From assembly GCA_051362555.1 (NCBI GenBank), contig CM120640.1, positions 35,731,967 to 35,795,966 of the forward strand: 64,000 bases of DNA, read 5' to 3'. Shown in pieces: positions 26,001 to 48,394 of this stretch (its first letter is position 1; each line of letters starts with the position of its first letter). The notes under the pieces were generated by a model, which had not been told where the DNA came from, did not search any database, and was given only the letters and a program-made list of their open reading frames with translations. The DNA comes from Lingula anatina. Lineage: Eukaryota > Animalia > Brachiopoda. Position numbers and translations under genes: made by a program.

Positions 26001-29000
26001 ACCAAGAAAAACATCCCTGGCAACATACCAAATTAAAAAAACATTCAAATGTGTGGCTTTAAATGTTAGCAGGAGGAAAGGCCACTTAAAAATAATAATC
26101 ATCAATTGTTTACACAGTCCATTCTTTCATTATGGTAAACACCAATGGTTATAATGAAACTATGACATAATCCCAGGGTGGCCAAAGTTTAGTTATGTGC
26201 AGTTATTTATATTTTCATTTGGACATTTGTCTCGCACATTTCATCAGTACGATTAAAAGAAAGTCAGAATGAGGTGCACATGGTAGATTTTTTTTTGATA
26301 CAACAGACACGCTGCTTAGTACTACGGAGAAACTTTTTTTTCAAGAACTAAACCCCTGCGCATTATCTTCACAGCATATCAAAAAGCAACCATTCCACAT
26401 GTATCAGAGTTTTCAGTTCTTACTGAAAACCACAAAAAAAAAAGCTCTACCAATTTAAGGACCCCTTAGTCATAACTGACAACTTCTATTATCATGATCA
26501 ACACTGTATTTCACTGTGATGTTTTAAGCACATAAAAGTAAAAACATGTACACATCCAGTTTCATGCATGTTTCAAAGAAACCATAATTAAAAAAATGAA
26601 CATATATCCTAATGCTCAAGAGACAGTCCTTTGAATATGAAACCATCAAAAGATCACATCTACCTGATTGATTGGTGGCTTTAGACGTGAATAAATATCT
26701 AAGTAATGTGTAAATATGGAATGGGTCCATTCATGGTGTTCTCAAAGGCTGTAAATAATGTTAAATTTCAGAATTTAAGTCAAGATAACACACTTCTGCT
26801 GTTGCAGCCAGGTTATTAACATATATATATATATCTAAATGATGTATATGTGGTGGATTATCTTTTAAAGAACAAACAAAAATAAATGTGCTTGAAAAGG
26901 TATGAAAAAAAATATGGCGGGGTGGGGCACATCTTTGAAGATAAAGTGTTATTAACATTTTCAATGAGATGATACTCCATGAGAGCTGAAATAAATGCAA
27001 AAGGCCTAACCTTTAATATAACCTTTAAAATTTAAGGGTTAATAAAAAAATGTGCATACCTGATGAAAATTATCCTGATCAACCATCCTCCTGACTAGCT
27101 CCCTGAGTGTGTGCTGTAGGCCTTGTACAATGGTACTTGACCAGTCCTCTAGGGGTCTACTGTCCAGAACACTGACCAAAGTGGACACAGACTGCTCCAA
27201 AATATTAGAGGACACCATGCTATTTCTGTCTCCAGATGGCATATGTGCTACTATCATATCCATACATTTCAATATGCTTTTCTCCACTGTTAATTTTGAC
27301 TCTGGGTCTTGACTAATGTCTGTCCTTTCTTTGTAATGTTTTAACTGTATAATGCTCCGTAGGAACTGGGAATACTGAACAATTGTTTCTTCAGCTTTAT
27401 TTAAATTTTGTGTGTGTTCCCCTCCTGATGAAGAGGGTGGTGTCGGCATTAAATTGCCTTCTGCCTCTTCCTGAGCTGAAAAATTCAAACACAAAAATTC
27501 TTTTGTTAAAGTTGAAAATGGATATATGTTAAGTGGTGACCAATTTTGTTTTTGTGTGCATGGGTTGTTTCCATGAGGATAATAAAAATGCAGTTTATTA
27601 ACTATTACCATAAAATAACATTTTAATCAAGTTCAAATGAGACAAAATAGGAAAGCAAGAAAGGACAGTAATGGAAATGACCTTCATTATGACATAAAAG
27701 TTACTTTTCAAGGTCATCACGAAATGATCAAGATGGTGGTCAATTCCATTTAATCAAGCCAATTCTCTGATGTACTTCCATGCCCTTGCAAAGCAAGAGG
27801 TCTTTCAACCTATTACCATTATTAATTTACAACCCTAATGTTCAGAGTACATAAATAGAAAGCAAAACCTTTCTTTCAAACTTTTATTGGAACAAACTTA
27901 ATTCACTACTAAGTTCAGGGTGTTTAATTTCTTATCAGGAACCCACGTGCTCAAGAGACAAAACTGTCATCCTCTAGTTGGCATAAATTCTGTTATCCCA
28001 CATATTGTATCTAGCTTCAGTGTACAATACCAACTTAATTTGTCATTACCAATTTTTATTCTTTCCATCAACTGGTCTTGTTTGACTTTTAGGAACTCTG
28101 CCTCCAAGTCATGAACCCTTTTCTGACAATCCAGGAGTTGTCTTTGATGAAAACTGCAGAGCTGTTTGGCAAACTGCTGGCCCGTCACACCCTGGGGCTT
28201 TGATCTGATGATTGCCAAGGCTGCAGCTATCCTACATCTGTCTATGTAGCTCTTCACAACTGTAAATTGAAGTTTATATATGAATTACGATTAACTACTG
28301 TTATTTTTGTTTTGTTTCTGAGGTATTTACTAGTGCAGATTACTTTATTTTGGAACTTCTAAGCTATGCACCCTTGCACACACACACATCAATAGAATTT
28401 TTCAAGTTGAATATAACTTCTGACAAATTAGGTTCAAATTAAAATATTGCAAACATCAAATAAATATAAATAACATACAACTTTCAGAGGAGGACCTAGA
28501 ATTGATGAAAAAAGAGAGAAAAAAAAAAAGACCTGCCAAGGTTGAGCTTGCTGTTATCATAATCCAATACATATATACTTGTATTGCTTTTAATGTAGCT
28601 GCTTCCTTACCACTAGAGAATAAAAAATGAAATTATAAAAAATGGCACAAATGGTTTTAAGATTTTCACAAAAATCATTCCTGTTGGAATTGTTTATACA
28701 AGGTCAGTGCACCATAAAATCCACTCTGCGGTGACTCTGCAGGTCTCAAATTATGTGGTAGTTGAAAGCTTTGGTTTAGATACAAATCCAACTGTGAGTA
28801 ATGCCATGGAAATTTATCATCTAGGATTTACTTCCATGGTAATACATATGTACGTTTCTTTTAAAAGTTTTTTTTTTTTTAAATGTTCCAAAAGTCTTAC
28901 ATTATTATTGGGACTTGCCAGATAAAAGATAAAGAGATCAAGACCCTTCAGCTTTTACATCATATCAAAGTAATCATTTGAAAAACAATTGTAACTAAAA

Positions 29001-29716
29001 CTAGGGAAAAAATAAGTGTGACTGGAATCTGTAGTGGAGTCAGGATTCAACAGTATTTCTAATGCTTCAGCTGCTAAATTGTTTATTTTCTCATTACTTG
29101 AATGGGCCCAATATTGATCCAACTGTGCTGTTGTTTACAGTCTAAATATTCCCAATTAAACTGATCAATAAATGGAAGTTAACAGTACGCCCAATCACTA
29201 TAAAACAATTAGATAATACTGGCTAAATTTAAATAAGCCTACAAATAATTCATAAAAATTGTGTATGATTGCATCCACAAGTGAAAAAGCTTTGAGAGTA
29301 AAATTATTTATTTACATGGTATTACTTTGATCCCTGCTACACTTATGTCATCACTGTTAATCCAAACAAAAAAATTAATCAATCATATAATCAATTGTTT
29401 TGTCAACACTGCCAAAAGTAAATTGTACACTTGTGATAGATATTGGAAAACAGCAGTGTAAGGCAAAATTTTATATATATTTTTATATACTTGTGCTTCT
29501 GCGATGCCCCTCAAGTGTTTCTTATCACATCTGGTAGACAGCCAGAGTCGAGCTAGACATATGTATCATCATTATAAAGAAACAACCGTGGGTTATTATT
29601 ATTATTTTTTTTTTACCGTGATTGGACTCAGAAATCGGCAATGTTGTCAACTTTTTGGCATTTTCTGAAGAAACCAATCCATCACTGCAAGATTCCTTTT
29701 TCTCTGCAGTGCTCAT
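23081..29716 (-). CDS. MEI4: Meiosis-specific protein MEI4 (double-strand-break formation factor), about 369 aa, 4 coding exons
   Basis: Exons 29716-29617, 28259-28050, 27475-27060 and 23464-23081; all introns GT-AG; phases 1,1,0 join in frame (1110 nt). N-terminal motif YIDRCRIAAALAIIRSKP and C-terminal motifs YENMYFVF and ISEEFPLFAHYVWRLG match the two conserved MEI4 signature regions as I recall them. Exon 1 is supported by phase and splice signals only. Confidence 0.88.
24363..24577. mobile_element. Palindromic MITE of the same family, copy 3 (MEI4 intron 3)
   Basis: ATTCCCATA...AGATCGATCTATCCCC...TCTCACTA left arm; GGGGTAATTAACTTTC core; CCCCAGGGAGTTAGGTCGATCTA...TATGGAAATGGGGT right arm. 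Confidence 0.75.
25858..25887. repeat. (GT)n microsatellite
   Basis: Read directly, one interruption. Confidence 0.85.
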
Positions 29717-29990
29717 TGCCTCGATACGCTCAATTGCACAGGCTTATCTGCTCAAACTATAAAAGGAGTTGTTAAATTACATTATCAGGAGCAGAAAGAG
29801 AAATGCACAAGGACAGTCAGCTTGGAAGAGATACATAATACATAAGATGCTTTCCTTCTTGTTGAAATGTCCCGCTTTCTCAACTCGCCTCGCCGGATCT
29901 CGCGAGAAGAAAGATGGCAGCCCCCAGAGAAAGCTCAATTTGTTTACAGTAATCAGTTATCTGTCTGAAAAGTTTTACCTCGAGTAGGTA
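29717..29990. promoter_or_regulatory. Bidirectional promoter shared by MEI4 and HACE1, including a probable non-coding first exon of HACE1
   Basis: Local CpG cluster; perfect palindrome TCTCGCGAGA at 29898-29907; YY1-like AAGATGGCAGC at 29911-29921; donor-like sites at about 29984-29990 and an acceptor at 30330, three bases before the HACE1 ATG. Confidence 0.7.
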
Positions 29991-30333
29991 CTGATCCGTG
30001 CATTCGAAGCTGAGTAAAAATGTTGATCTTACGTTAATGAAACAAAGGGATAAGCTCGCTAAAGAGGATGCTTAAAAATAGTGGTGGATTCTAGTAAAAA
30101 GCCGGAAATGGAAATTTGTTTTGGTGACTGAGGGGGAGGCATTACTCATCAGGAGGTTTGCTATTTATAGCCTAGGTTTAAAAATACTATTTTTAGCTTT
30201 TTCTTGGTCGGGTGAAATGTTGATTTATTTTGTGAATGTGTAGATCCTCATACGTTTTACAGACATACGAGACAATTATAACATGAACAAGGAATATTTC
30301 TGATTTATGAGTTTGTTTCCTCTAACCAAGGGC

Positions 30334-41165
<10,832 letters not shown>

Positions 41166-41601
41166 AGTTGGGCATATTTTCACTGAAGAACTATAATCTT
41201 GGTTCTAGGCAGACTGAAAAATTTCGATCTTGAAGGCAGCATTTGTGAAATCAGCCCTATGCATGTCTTGCTGTTTGACAATCCCTATTATGGTTTGATG
41301 AAGCATATTCTTCTAAAGGGGCTAAGAATCGGTGGTTATCCACAAAAGTTTATTGACAGCTTTGTATTAATTTAACAAAGAATTTTTCATCAAGTACAGA
41401 ATATATATTGATAATTGGTAGAATATGCTTTTTTGGGGAAGATGGTAGGAAATCATGAAATTAAAGCTCTTGCTCATGAAGTATTGTGTGACTATAACTC
41501 TTGGCAAAAACCAAATGTCATTTCTTTTTCTTTTTTGTTTAGATGTAGAAATTTTATAACTGCTTTATCTTTTTAAAAAGAGTAAAGAAAAATGCTTTGA
41601 A

Positions 41602-41607
41602 AATAAA
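41602..41607 (+). terminator. Candidate polyadenylation signal for HACE1
   Basis: AATAAA about 440 nt after the stop, followed by T-rich sequence; another AATAAA lies near 41663. Position-based only. Confidence 0.4.
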
Positions 41608-42246
41608 CAGTTGTTTTTATGCAACAGATTTAAAAATTCTCCAAGAAAATTGGTTAATATATGAATAAATGTTTATTCAGTAAAAGAAGGCTTGTTTGTA
41701 TTTTATAAGATTAATAATGTTTAAAAAAAATACAATAACACTTTTCATATGTGTATCTGTGAACATTTCTATGAACCTTCAATGCTTACTTTAAAATATA
41801 TCTACAAAAAACAATTTTTTTACTAATAAGCAAAGTCCATTTAAAATGATAATACATAATCTCATTGACCACAAACACTCAAAATCGTCATAAATTACAA
41901 AGTGAGTGAATTTGTGCTGAATAGTTTGCAAACTACTGATGATATATGAAAACAAAATTTGAAATAAAAAACAAAATAGCTGAAGTTTAAAACAAATTTA
42001 TTGTATGGAAATTATAATAAAAATCTACCCAAACTACTTGACTTTATTTCAAATATTAGTAAAAATGGGGAAAATACACTATATTGAGGCAAAAAAAGGA
42101 CCTATGTTTGCATGTTATGTGATAATATTAATTGAAACTATCCAAAGAATATAATACCCCTTACAAAATTCCCAAGTTTATTGACATTTCATTTAAAAAA
42201 AGTGATTTAACAATCTAAGTGAAGATAGATCAATTATAACTACTTA

Positions 42247-42249
<3 letters not shown>

Positions 42250-42296
<47 letters not shown>
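42250..42296. repeat. (TAA)15 microsatellite
   Basis: Read directly. Confidence 0.95.
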
Positions 42297-42297
<1 letters not shown>

Positions 42298-42380
42298 ATT
42301 GTAGTAACATTTATAAAAGATCTTCGACTTATTGTGTTAGAGAAGATAGTGTGTTATTACACTTAAAGAATGTTCAATTT

Positions 42381-42516
42381 GATTGGTTCAAAGTTTAGGC
42401 AACAATGGTAGGGCTGACCAATCAAATTCCATATACAATAATCAATGTAAACAAACCTCAATTTCTCGATTTCGAGGTAATATTGGACAGTGTTGTCTAT
42501 GCAGTCTCAGGTAAGT
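42381..42516 (+). promoter_or_regulatory. Candidate promoter and first exon of the CBM20 gene
   Basis: Opposed CCAAT boxes (ATTGG near 42382, CCAAT near 42418), then a consensus donor CAG|GTAAGT at 42510/42511. Confidence 0.45.
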
Positions 42517-42980
42517 TATTTTTAGTATCAGTTAAATGTCAAGGTAGATTAGATTTTCATGGAACAAAATCATCTAATGATGAATCTCAGTACTGAAGAA
42601 AGATTTCATTATATAGAGTGCTTTGAAAACGAGTCCTAGTTCTTTTCATTTTTTACCTTGTATGAAAAATTAATTAGAATAAAAACCCTAGAAGAAATAT
42701 TGGATTGCTTTGTTTTGGTTTCCAATATCTGTATTTACTGCTATAATATTACAAACTTCAATTATAATGGCATGTTCATGCTCCATAGGCTCATTTTTTA
42801 AATGTTGATTTCTTATATTTTCTTATTTTAATTATTATATCATTCTAGGCATTACAAATTAAGGGTATGCAATGTTACGGCACTTTAAAACAGTTAATAT
42901 GTGTACATAGTGTCACAAACTTAATCGTTTCATATAACAACAGTAGTGACAATGAATTAATGTTAAAACATTTTTATCAG

Positions 42981-43367
42981 ATGAATATGGAAAGCTTTGA
43001 TAAGCAGAATGCCATCAGGACAGAACAGAGTGCACGTAAGTGAATCAATGGCTGGCACGAAAATGTATGCAGTGGCACTCCTTTTTACGTTTTTTATGAG
43101 TACTATTTGTGTACAAACAGTCTGTGTATATGTACAACCACATGATTTTTGTGCTATGCAGCAGTATGCGTGCATTAATTACGTGCACTGTTGAAACAGT
43201 ATGGTACATGCATGTATGTTTGTGTGTAAACATGCATACGTGTGCAGGGGCGGATCCAGGATTATTTGAAGGGTGGGGTGGGGGTGGGGGGTCCCGAACA
43301 ACGGGCCTCGGATGCGAAGCTGACCATCGCCCCCTTGTTGTGGGTTTCGGAGCCTGCTTAAAGGCCC

Positions 43368-43402
<35 letters not shown>

Positions 43403-46400
43403 GTGTTTTGGAGCACAAACAGTGCCCTTTGGCACTTTTTAAAACTGTGAGTTAACTGGTCAAAATTCTAATTTCAAGAGGAGAATATTGGTGTGACATA
43501 TATTTGTCAGGTCAGGACCCCCGGGGCCCCCTGCCCCCTCCCCCTCCTCTAAATCCTCTTCTGGTGTGCATGCACGAACCTATTTTCAGGGAGGTTTTGC
43601 TGGGTTTTAAAGAAATACTCATAGTTTAACAAAAGCTCAGCCTGAATATTAGATTGGTTTGATTTTCATTTCGTTTTGTCTAAACAAACCTTCATTTATT
43701 TTTACAAATAGTGAGGATCAAATGGCATTTAGATAATCATATAATATTATCAATATTCATATTATTCTTCCTTCAACAGCAAAGGCCACAGTGCACATTG
43801 TACTGGTGGAGAATAAATTTAAGGGCATCAAAATGGTGGGAAAGGGGCCAGTCCTGGGAGACTGGAACCCCCAAAAAGGGAAACACCTGGAAAGAACACT
43901 ACAAGAACCTGCCAATAACAGGGTGTCATTCTTAGCACCTAAACATTCAGTGCTAGAGTTTAAGCTGGTGCGACCAGTAAATGTAAGTAATAAACATACT
44001 GAAAAGGAGTTAATGTGTCATCGTGTTCTACACTAATTTTTTTCTATTTAAATGAACACTTTGGTGGAAAAGAATATCAAAAGCGCATCTTTTTGAATTC
44101 ATCTGATTTTGGCTAATGCTCATCATATATTGTTACTTTCCTATCTGTTTATGAGTATGGTATATTTATGGTATTGTAATTCAGCCCTACTGCCATGAAC
44201 CCTATAAAAACATGGTGTGGGAACCAAAACCTTATATAAACCGGATCATAAAGGTAACTTCACTGGATGGGATGATGATCAAATGTTCCTGGGGAACACA
44301 GAATATGGAGATCAAAGGTGAGCTAGTGCTTTCTGAAGTATCCCATATAGCAAAAAAAAAAAGAAAAAAAAAAAAAGTCAGCTTTGTATTATTGTTACAT
44401 TTTTTATCCATTTATTTTCACTATAATAATTTTTCCCGTCCTCAGTGATTCAAGCACGTAAAATATGTATAAGAAGTTACATCTGAGAAGATTTATTCTT
44501 CCTTCACGTATAAATAAATGTGTTTGACTTTACTGAATTAATGTAATTGCTGAACATTTATGCAAAGAAATATGTGGAATTAAATGATATTATGCAATGC
44601 AACCATTTTATTCCAGAGTGGAATGTCAACCCCACCCCTAGTGGTATGTAACTTATATATCAGCTCATGCAAAGTAACATAATTACACAAGATAAAGCTA
44701 TTATAAATAATTTGATGTAAGAATATTGACAATTCACCAAACTGTTCTCTCGGGTGGCAATAATACATTATGATAAAATTTATGTCAAAATTAATTGTAG
44801 GGTTTATAAATTGAAGGACTTTAAATTTTCAGTTGTCATCAGAACAGATGACAATTTTTCACTGTCAGGATCTTTGCAGATATTTCCTGTGTTCTGTTTT
44901 AAATTGTTTTTATTTTTTTTAGTTTACACCATGTTGGGAAAAACACCCCACATTCCTGGAGGAGGAGAGGATAAAAAGGAGATGGATGGTAGTAAAATAG
45001 TGCTGTATTCTTTGTTATTTTAATAACAAATTAATTCTTGTGGTTGGCAAAAAAAAAAAAAACAGTCTGTTGAAGACAGGCTGAACTGTGTCAAAACTGC
45101 CAGCAGTTAGACATGTAAATGTTTTTTTACTGAAAGCTGTGGAATTTCTAAGCCCATATTCTCAACACAAAATACTCCATGCATTGGAATTTAATTACTC
45201 ATGATAGGGCTCAAATAAATTTCTCATATGTACCCAAAGGAAGCTTTAAGTTATTTTCATTCAAGACAGAAATATTTTTTTAGTTCACCTACTCAGTTGA
45301 AGCAAGGCACCCCAGAAAATATCTCCTATTTAAAATTATGCCATTGTTTTTCAGCTGACACTAAGCAGCAAGTATTGAATGAAACTTGCAAAGCATTAAG
45401 AGATGGAAATGATACAGATGATGGTAAGACTGTACTTTTAAGTTTCAACCTCTATACTATTTAAACAAATCCTAAATTTGAACAGGAATTTTAAGTTTGG
45501 ATCACCATGTTTATACAGTGACATTTCATATTTAATAAAAGGTAGCCCTGAAAATATCTCCTGCATTTAAAATTATGCCATTGTTTTTCAGCTGACACTA
45601 AGCAGCAAGTAGTGAATGAAAAGCATGAAGCATCAAGAGATAGAAGTGAGATAGATGATGGTAAGAATAAACTTTTTAGTTTCAACATCTCTATAGTTTA
45701 AACAAATCCTAAATTTGAACAAGAATTTTAGCTTGCATCACCTAACACACAAACATTACATTTTTAAAAAAAAATTAAGGCAGCCCTGAATATATGTATT
45801 TGCAATTATGCCATTGTTTTTCAGCTGACACTAAGCAACAAGTAGTGAAAGGAAAGCTTGGAGCATCAAAAGATGGAAATGAGACAGGTGGTGGTAAGAA
45901 TCTGCTTTTTAGTTTTGACATCTCGATTATTGAAACAAATCCTAAATTTGAACAGAATTTTTAGTTTGGATCACCTTACATGGTAACTTATCATTTTTGT
46001 AAATTAAGACAGCCCTAAAAATATCTCCTGCATTTAAATGTATGCCATTGTTTTTCAGCTGACACTAAACAGCAAGTAGTGAATGAAAAGCATGAAGCAC
46101 CAAAAGATGGAAATGAGACAGATGGTGGTGAGAATGTGTTTTTTAGTTTCGACACTTCTATTATTTGAAAAAATCCCTCATTGACCAAATATTATATTCA
46201 TTTGATGTTCAACATTGTTTGAGTGCAGACAGTAGAATTTGCATACCTCGGACACTCTGGGATTGGAAAATTAGTTTGTGTTACTTGACGATTTTAGTTT
46301 TGCAATGCCCATAACTTTACATATAAAACATCAGACCCCCTTGATTTATTCAAGATATTGAATGACAAAATATTTCTCAATAAGCTTCTATTTTTGAAAC

Positions 46401-47229
46401 TTAGTAATAGCCACATTTTGTTTCAAAATTGGGGCCCTAAAGGTTGAAAATAATGTACAAAGAATTCATTCCACTTATATCCACTAGAAATAATATTAGT
46501 TAATTTTGATACTTTCCCTGTATGTTTCCCTCTTTTTACATCTTAATAATTTTTATAGGATGCACTATTACCAGTCATACTGATAGCTAGGTTTAACATA
46601 CACAAGCAAATGCAAGAATTCTGTTGAAATGTGGTAGCTGAGCAACGGATTGTGTGTAGATGTGAACTAAGCAATTTTAAATGGAAATGCTGACATTCCA
46701 TCTAAACTGTTTTTTAAATACAAAATTGTGCACATAGGTATAAGAATAGACCCGTGGTGGATAAAACTCCAAAATCAGTGAATGATAAGAATAATATACT
46801 TTGTATATCATTATTACAGAATTTTGAATGTAATATAACTAGATACGTACATGTGTATGTTAAAGGTATTTGAAACAGCTCTCCATGCCATCCATGCCTA
46901 GTGGTACAAGATATGTTCATTTGTTTTCTTCTTTATTTTTAAGCCATTGCCCAAGACATTGTGCTGGACATGAAAAACAGAGGTAATAAATAATACCACT
47001 TGAAAATTTAAATGTTTGTCTCAACATCAAACTGAGAATGATCTCATCTAATCATTATGTATCTGAAAGAGGTTCCCCTCTCCTGGCTCTTATTGGTAAA
47101 TACTAGTCAATAAATTTTCATGATTAAATATTTTCATTAATTTCAGAGACCCCACGGAGAAGAGTCTCTCGGTTCAGGAGATTTTTGAACATGGTCACTG
47201 CATGTTTTAGGCGAAGGAGGCAAAGATAA
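42981..47229 (+). CDS. Uncharacterised CBM20 (starch/glycogen-binding) domain protein with tandem-exon stalk and polybasic C-terminus, about 284 aa
   Basis: Exons 42981-43035, 43780-43982, 44185-44317, 44923-44988, 45355-45423, 45592-45660, 45825-45893, 46059-46127, 46944-46982, 47147-47229 (855 nt, all GT-AG, in phase). CBM20 motifs in the correct order: VGKGPVLGDWNP, LEFKLV, VWEPKPYINRII, CSWG. C-terminus ETPRRRVSRFRRFLNMVTACFRRRRQR*. The 5' end is ambiguous and extra small exons are possible. Confidence 0.75.
43245..43563. mobile_element. MITE with CAGGGGCGGATCCAGG left end and 5-bp target-site duplication, in a CBM20-gene intron
   Basis: Left CAGGGGCGGATCCAGGA; degenerate right end TAAATCCTCTTCTG; GTGTG on both flanks (43240-43244, 43564-43568); internal G-runs, C-runs and poly-T. 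Confidence 0.75.
45300..46175 (+). repeat. Four tandem exon+intron units of about 235 bp
   Basis: TATGCCATTGTTTTTCAG|CTGACACTAAGCAGCAAGTA recurs with exon starts at 45355, 45592, 45825 and 46059 (periods 237, 233, 234). Confidence 0.95.
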
Positions 47230-47430
47230 TAAGTAAGTTGTGAAAATATGTCAAGTTTAAGTGATTTCACCATATACATTAGGCATTCATGTAGAAATTA
47301 AACTGATGCTAAACAGTATTTGAGTGCAATAAGTTCTTGGTACTTGATTATTTTAGTTTTGCATTGCCCATTACTTCAGAAAGTTTTAAAAAGAATCGGA
47401 CCCAGATGGTTTGTTCAAGATATTGAGTTA
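46282..47430. repeat. Pair of dispersed direct repeats of about 90 bp (about 46282-46368 and 47340-47430)
   Basis: Both contain TACTTGA..ATTTTAGTTTTGCA.TGCCCAT.ACTT...ATC.GACCC...TTCAAGATATTGA; probably transposon remnants in introns. Confidence 0.6.
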
Positions 47431-48263
47431 AATCTGTCCCACAAAAAAAGTAAAAGATATTGAGTGACAAGTTATGTAGAGTCTACCATACACTCTTATG
47501 TATATATAAAAAAAAAAACAAAATAAAATTGATCAAATAATTACTTACATCTTTGAGAAAATTTTAACTTTGTTAGCTGCTGACATAAGTTTTGATTATA
47601 TTATTTTTACATATGGACTTTTTTCTTCTTTTTTTCAGCCTTAAGACAATATTGTTGATCAACAACTGAAGATAATTGAAAACAGGACTCATAATTTAAT
47701 TTTAACCTAATTTTTAATTATTACCAGCTAGTCTAAAATAAAATGAATGTTAAAAAAAACAATTATTTGTTATTTATTTATTTATTTTTATTGTTTGGTT
47801 AACTCCCCAGATAACATGCCACCAGTGGACTACCAGTTGCATGTTATCTGGGTCTCTGCATTTAAAAAAAGGACCTGCAGTCATATTTTTGATATCTACA
47901 TATCCTGCAAAGCTACTATTCTTTCCCAATTTAGACCTGTATTCAACTTTAAAATGGTAAAACTCCTCAAATAAAAGTTCATTCTGAAATGTAAAGGAAC
48001 ACATAGCATTCTAAAAGAGCTGGGAGTCATCTAGAACTAAATCATTAAATTAGAAATGGAATAAAATGTACAAATCAAGTGGAAGAACAAGTCAAGGAAT
48101 TATTCATGAGAAGGAGAAAATTGCTTTTTTCCCTGGAAAAGTTTATTTTGGCAGGTAAATCCTATAAAAAGTATGTTTAACTAATGATTAACCATTAACT
48201 GATAAATAGTTCACCACCAAAACCTAATTGTTTTTCACTTGTTTCACTACAGATTCTTTCCAC

Positions 48264-48394
48264 TGGGATGATCACTGCTTACAATTGGTGCCTCTTCCCC
48301 CCCCCTCCCCCCCCCCCCCCCCCCATCTCTATTCAATTGTCACACATTTGGGACAACACAATCACCAAAGCACTGGTGAGCAGTAATCGTCCCA
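48264..48394. mobile_element. Small inverted-repeat element enclosing a poly-C tract
   Basis: TGGGATGATCACTGCTTAC pairs with GTGAGCAGTAATCGTCCCA (3 mismatches); poly-C at 48297-48324. Confidence 0.5.

Noticed and set aside
26664-26748. AG/GT-bounded 85-nt segment in MEI4 intron 3 as an additional exon
   Set aside because: It has a stop in the required phase 0 and would shift the frame. Exons 3 and 4 already join in frame to a normal-sized MEI4. A poison exon cannot be excluded but is unsupported.
43048-43130. Signal-peptide-like ORF MAGTKMYAVALLFTFFMSTICV upstream of the CBM20 exon
   Set aside because: It sits just inside the intron after the strong donor at 43036 and lacks a good phase-1 donor; hydrophobicity is explained by T-rich sequence.
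43045-43450. Overlapping ORFs with poly-Lys, poly-Phe and poly-Pro tracts
   Set aside because: Artefacts of poly-T and G/C runs inside the MITE at 43245-43563.
45300-46175. Regularly spaced repeats that superficially resemble a CRISPR array
   Set aside because: Eukaryotic context; the whole 235-bp unit is homologous (no unique spacers) and each unit is an exon plus intron.
46559-46777. Two further possible small exons of the CBM20 gene (from 46559 and from 46738)
   Set aside because: The first gives a stop in phase 1; the second ends out of phase with the 46944 exon; donors are weak. Left out of the model.
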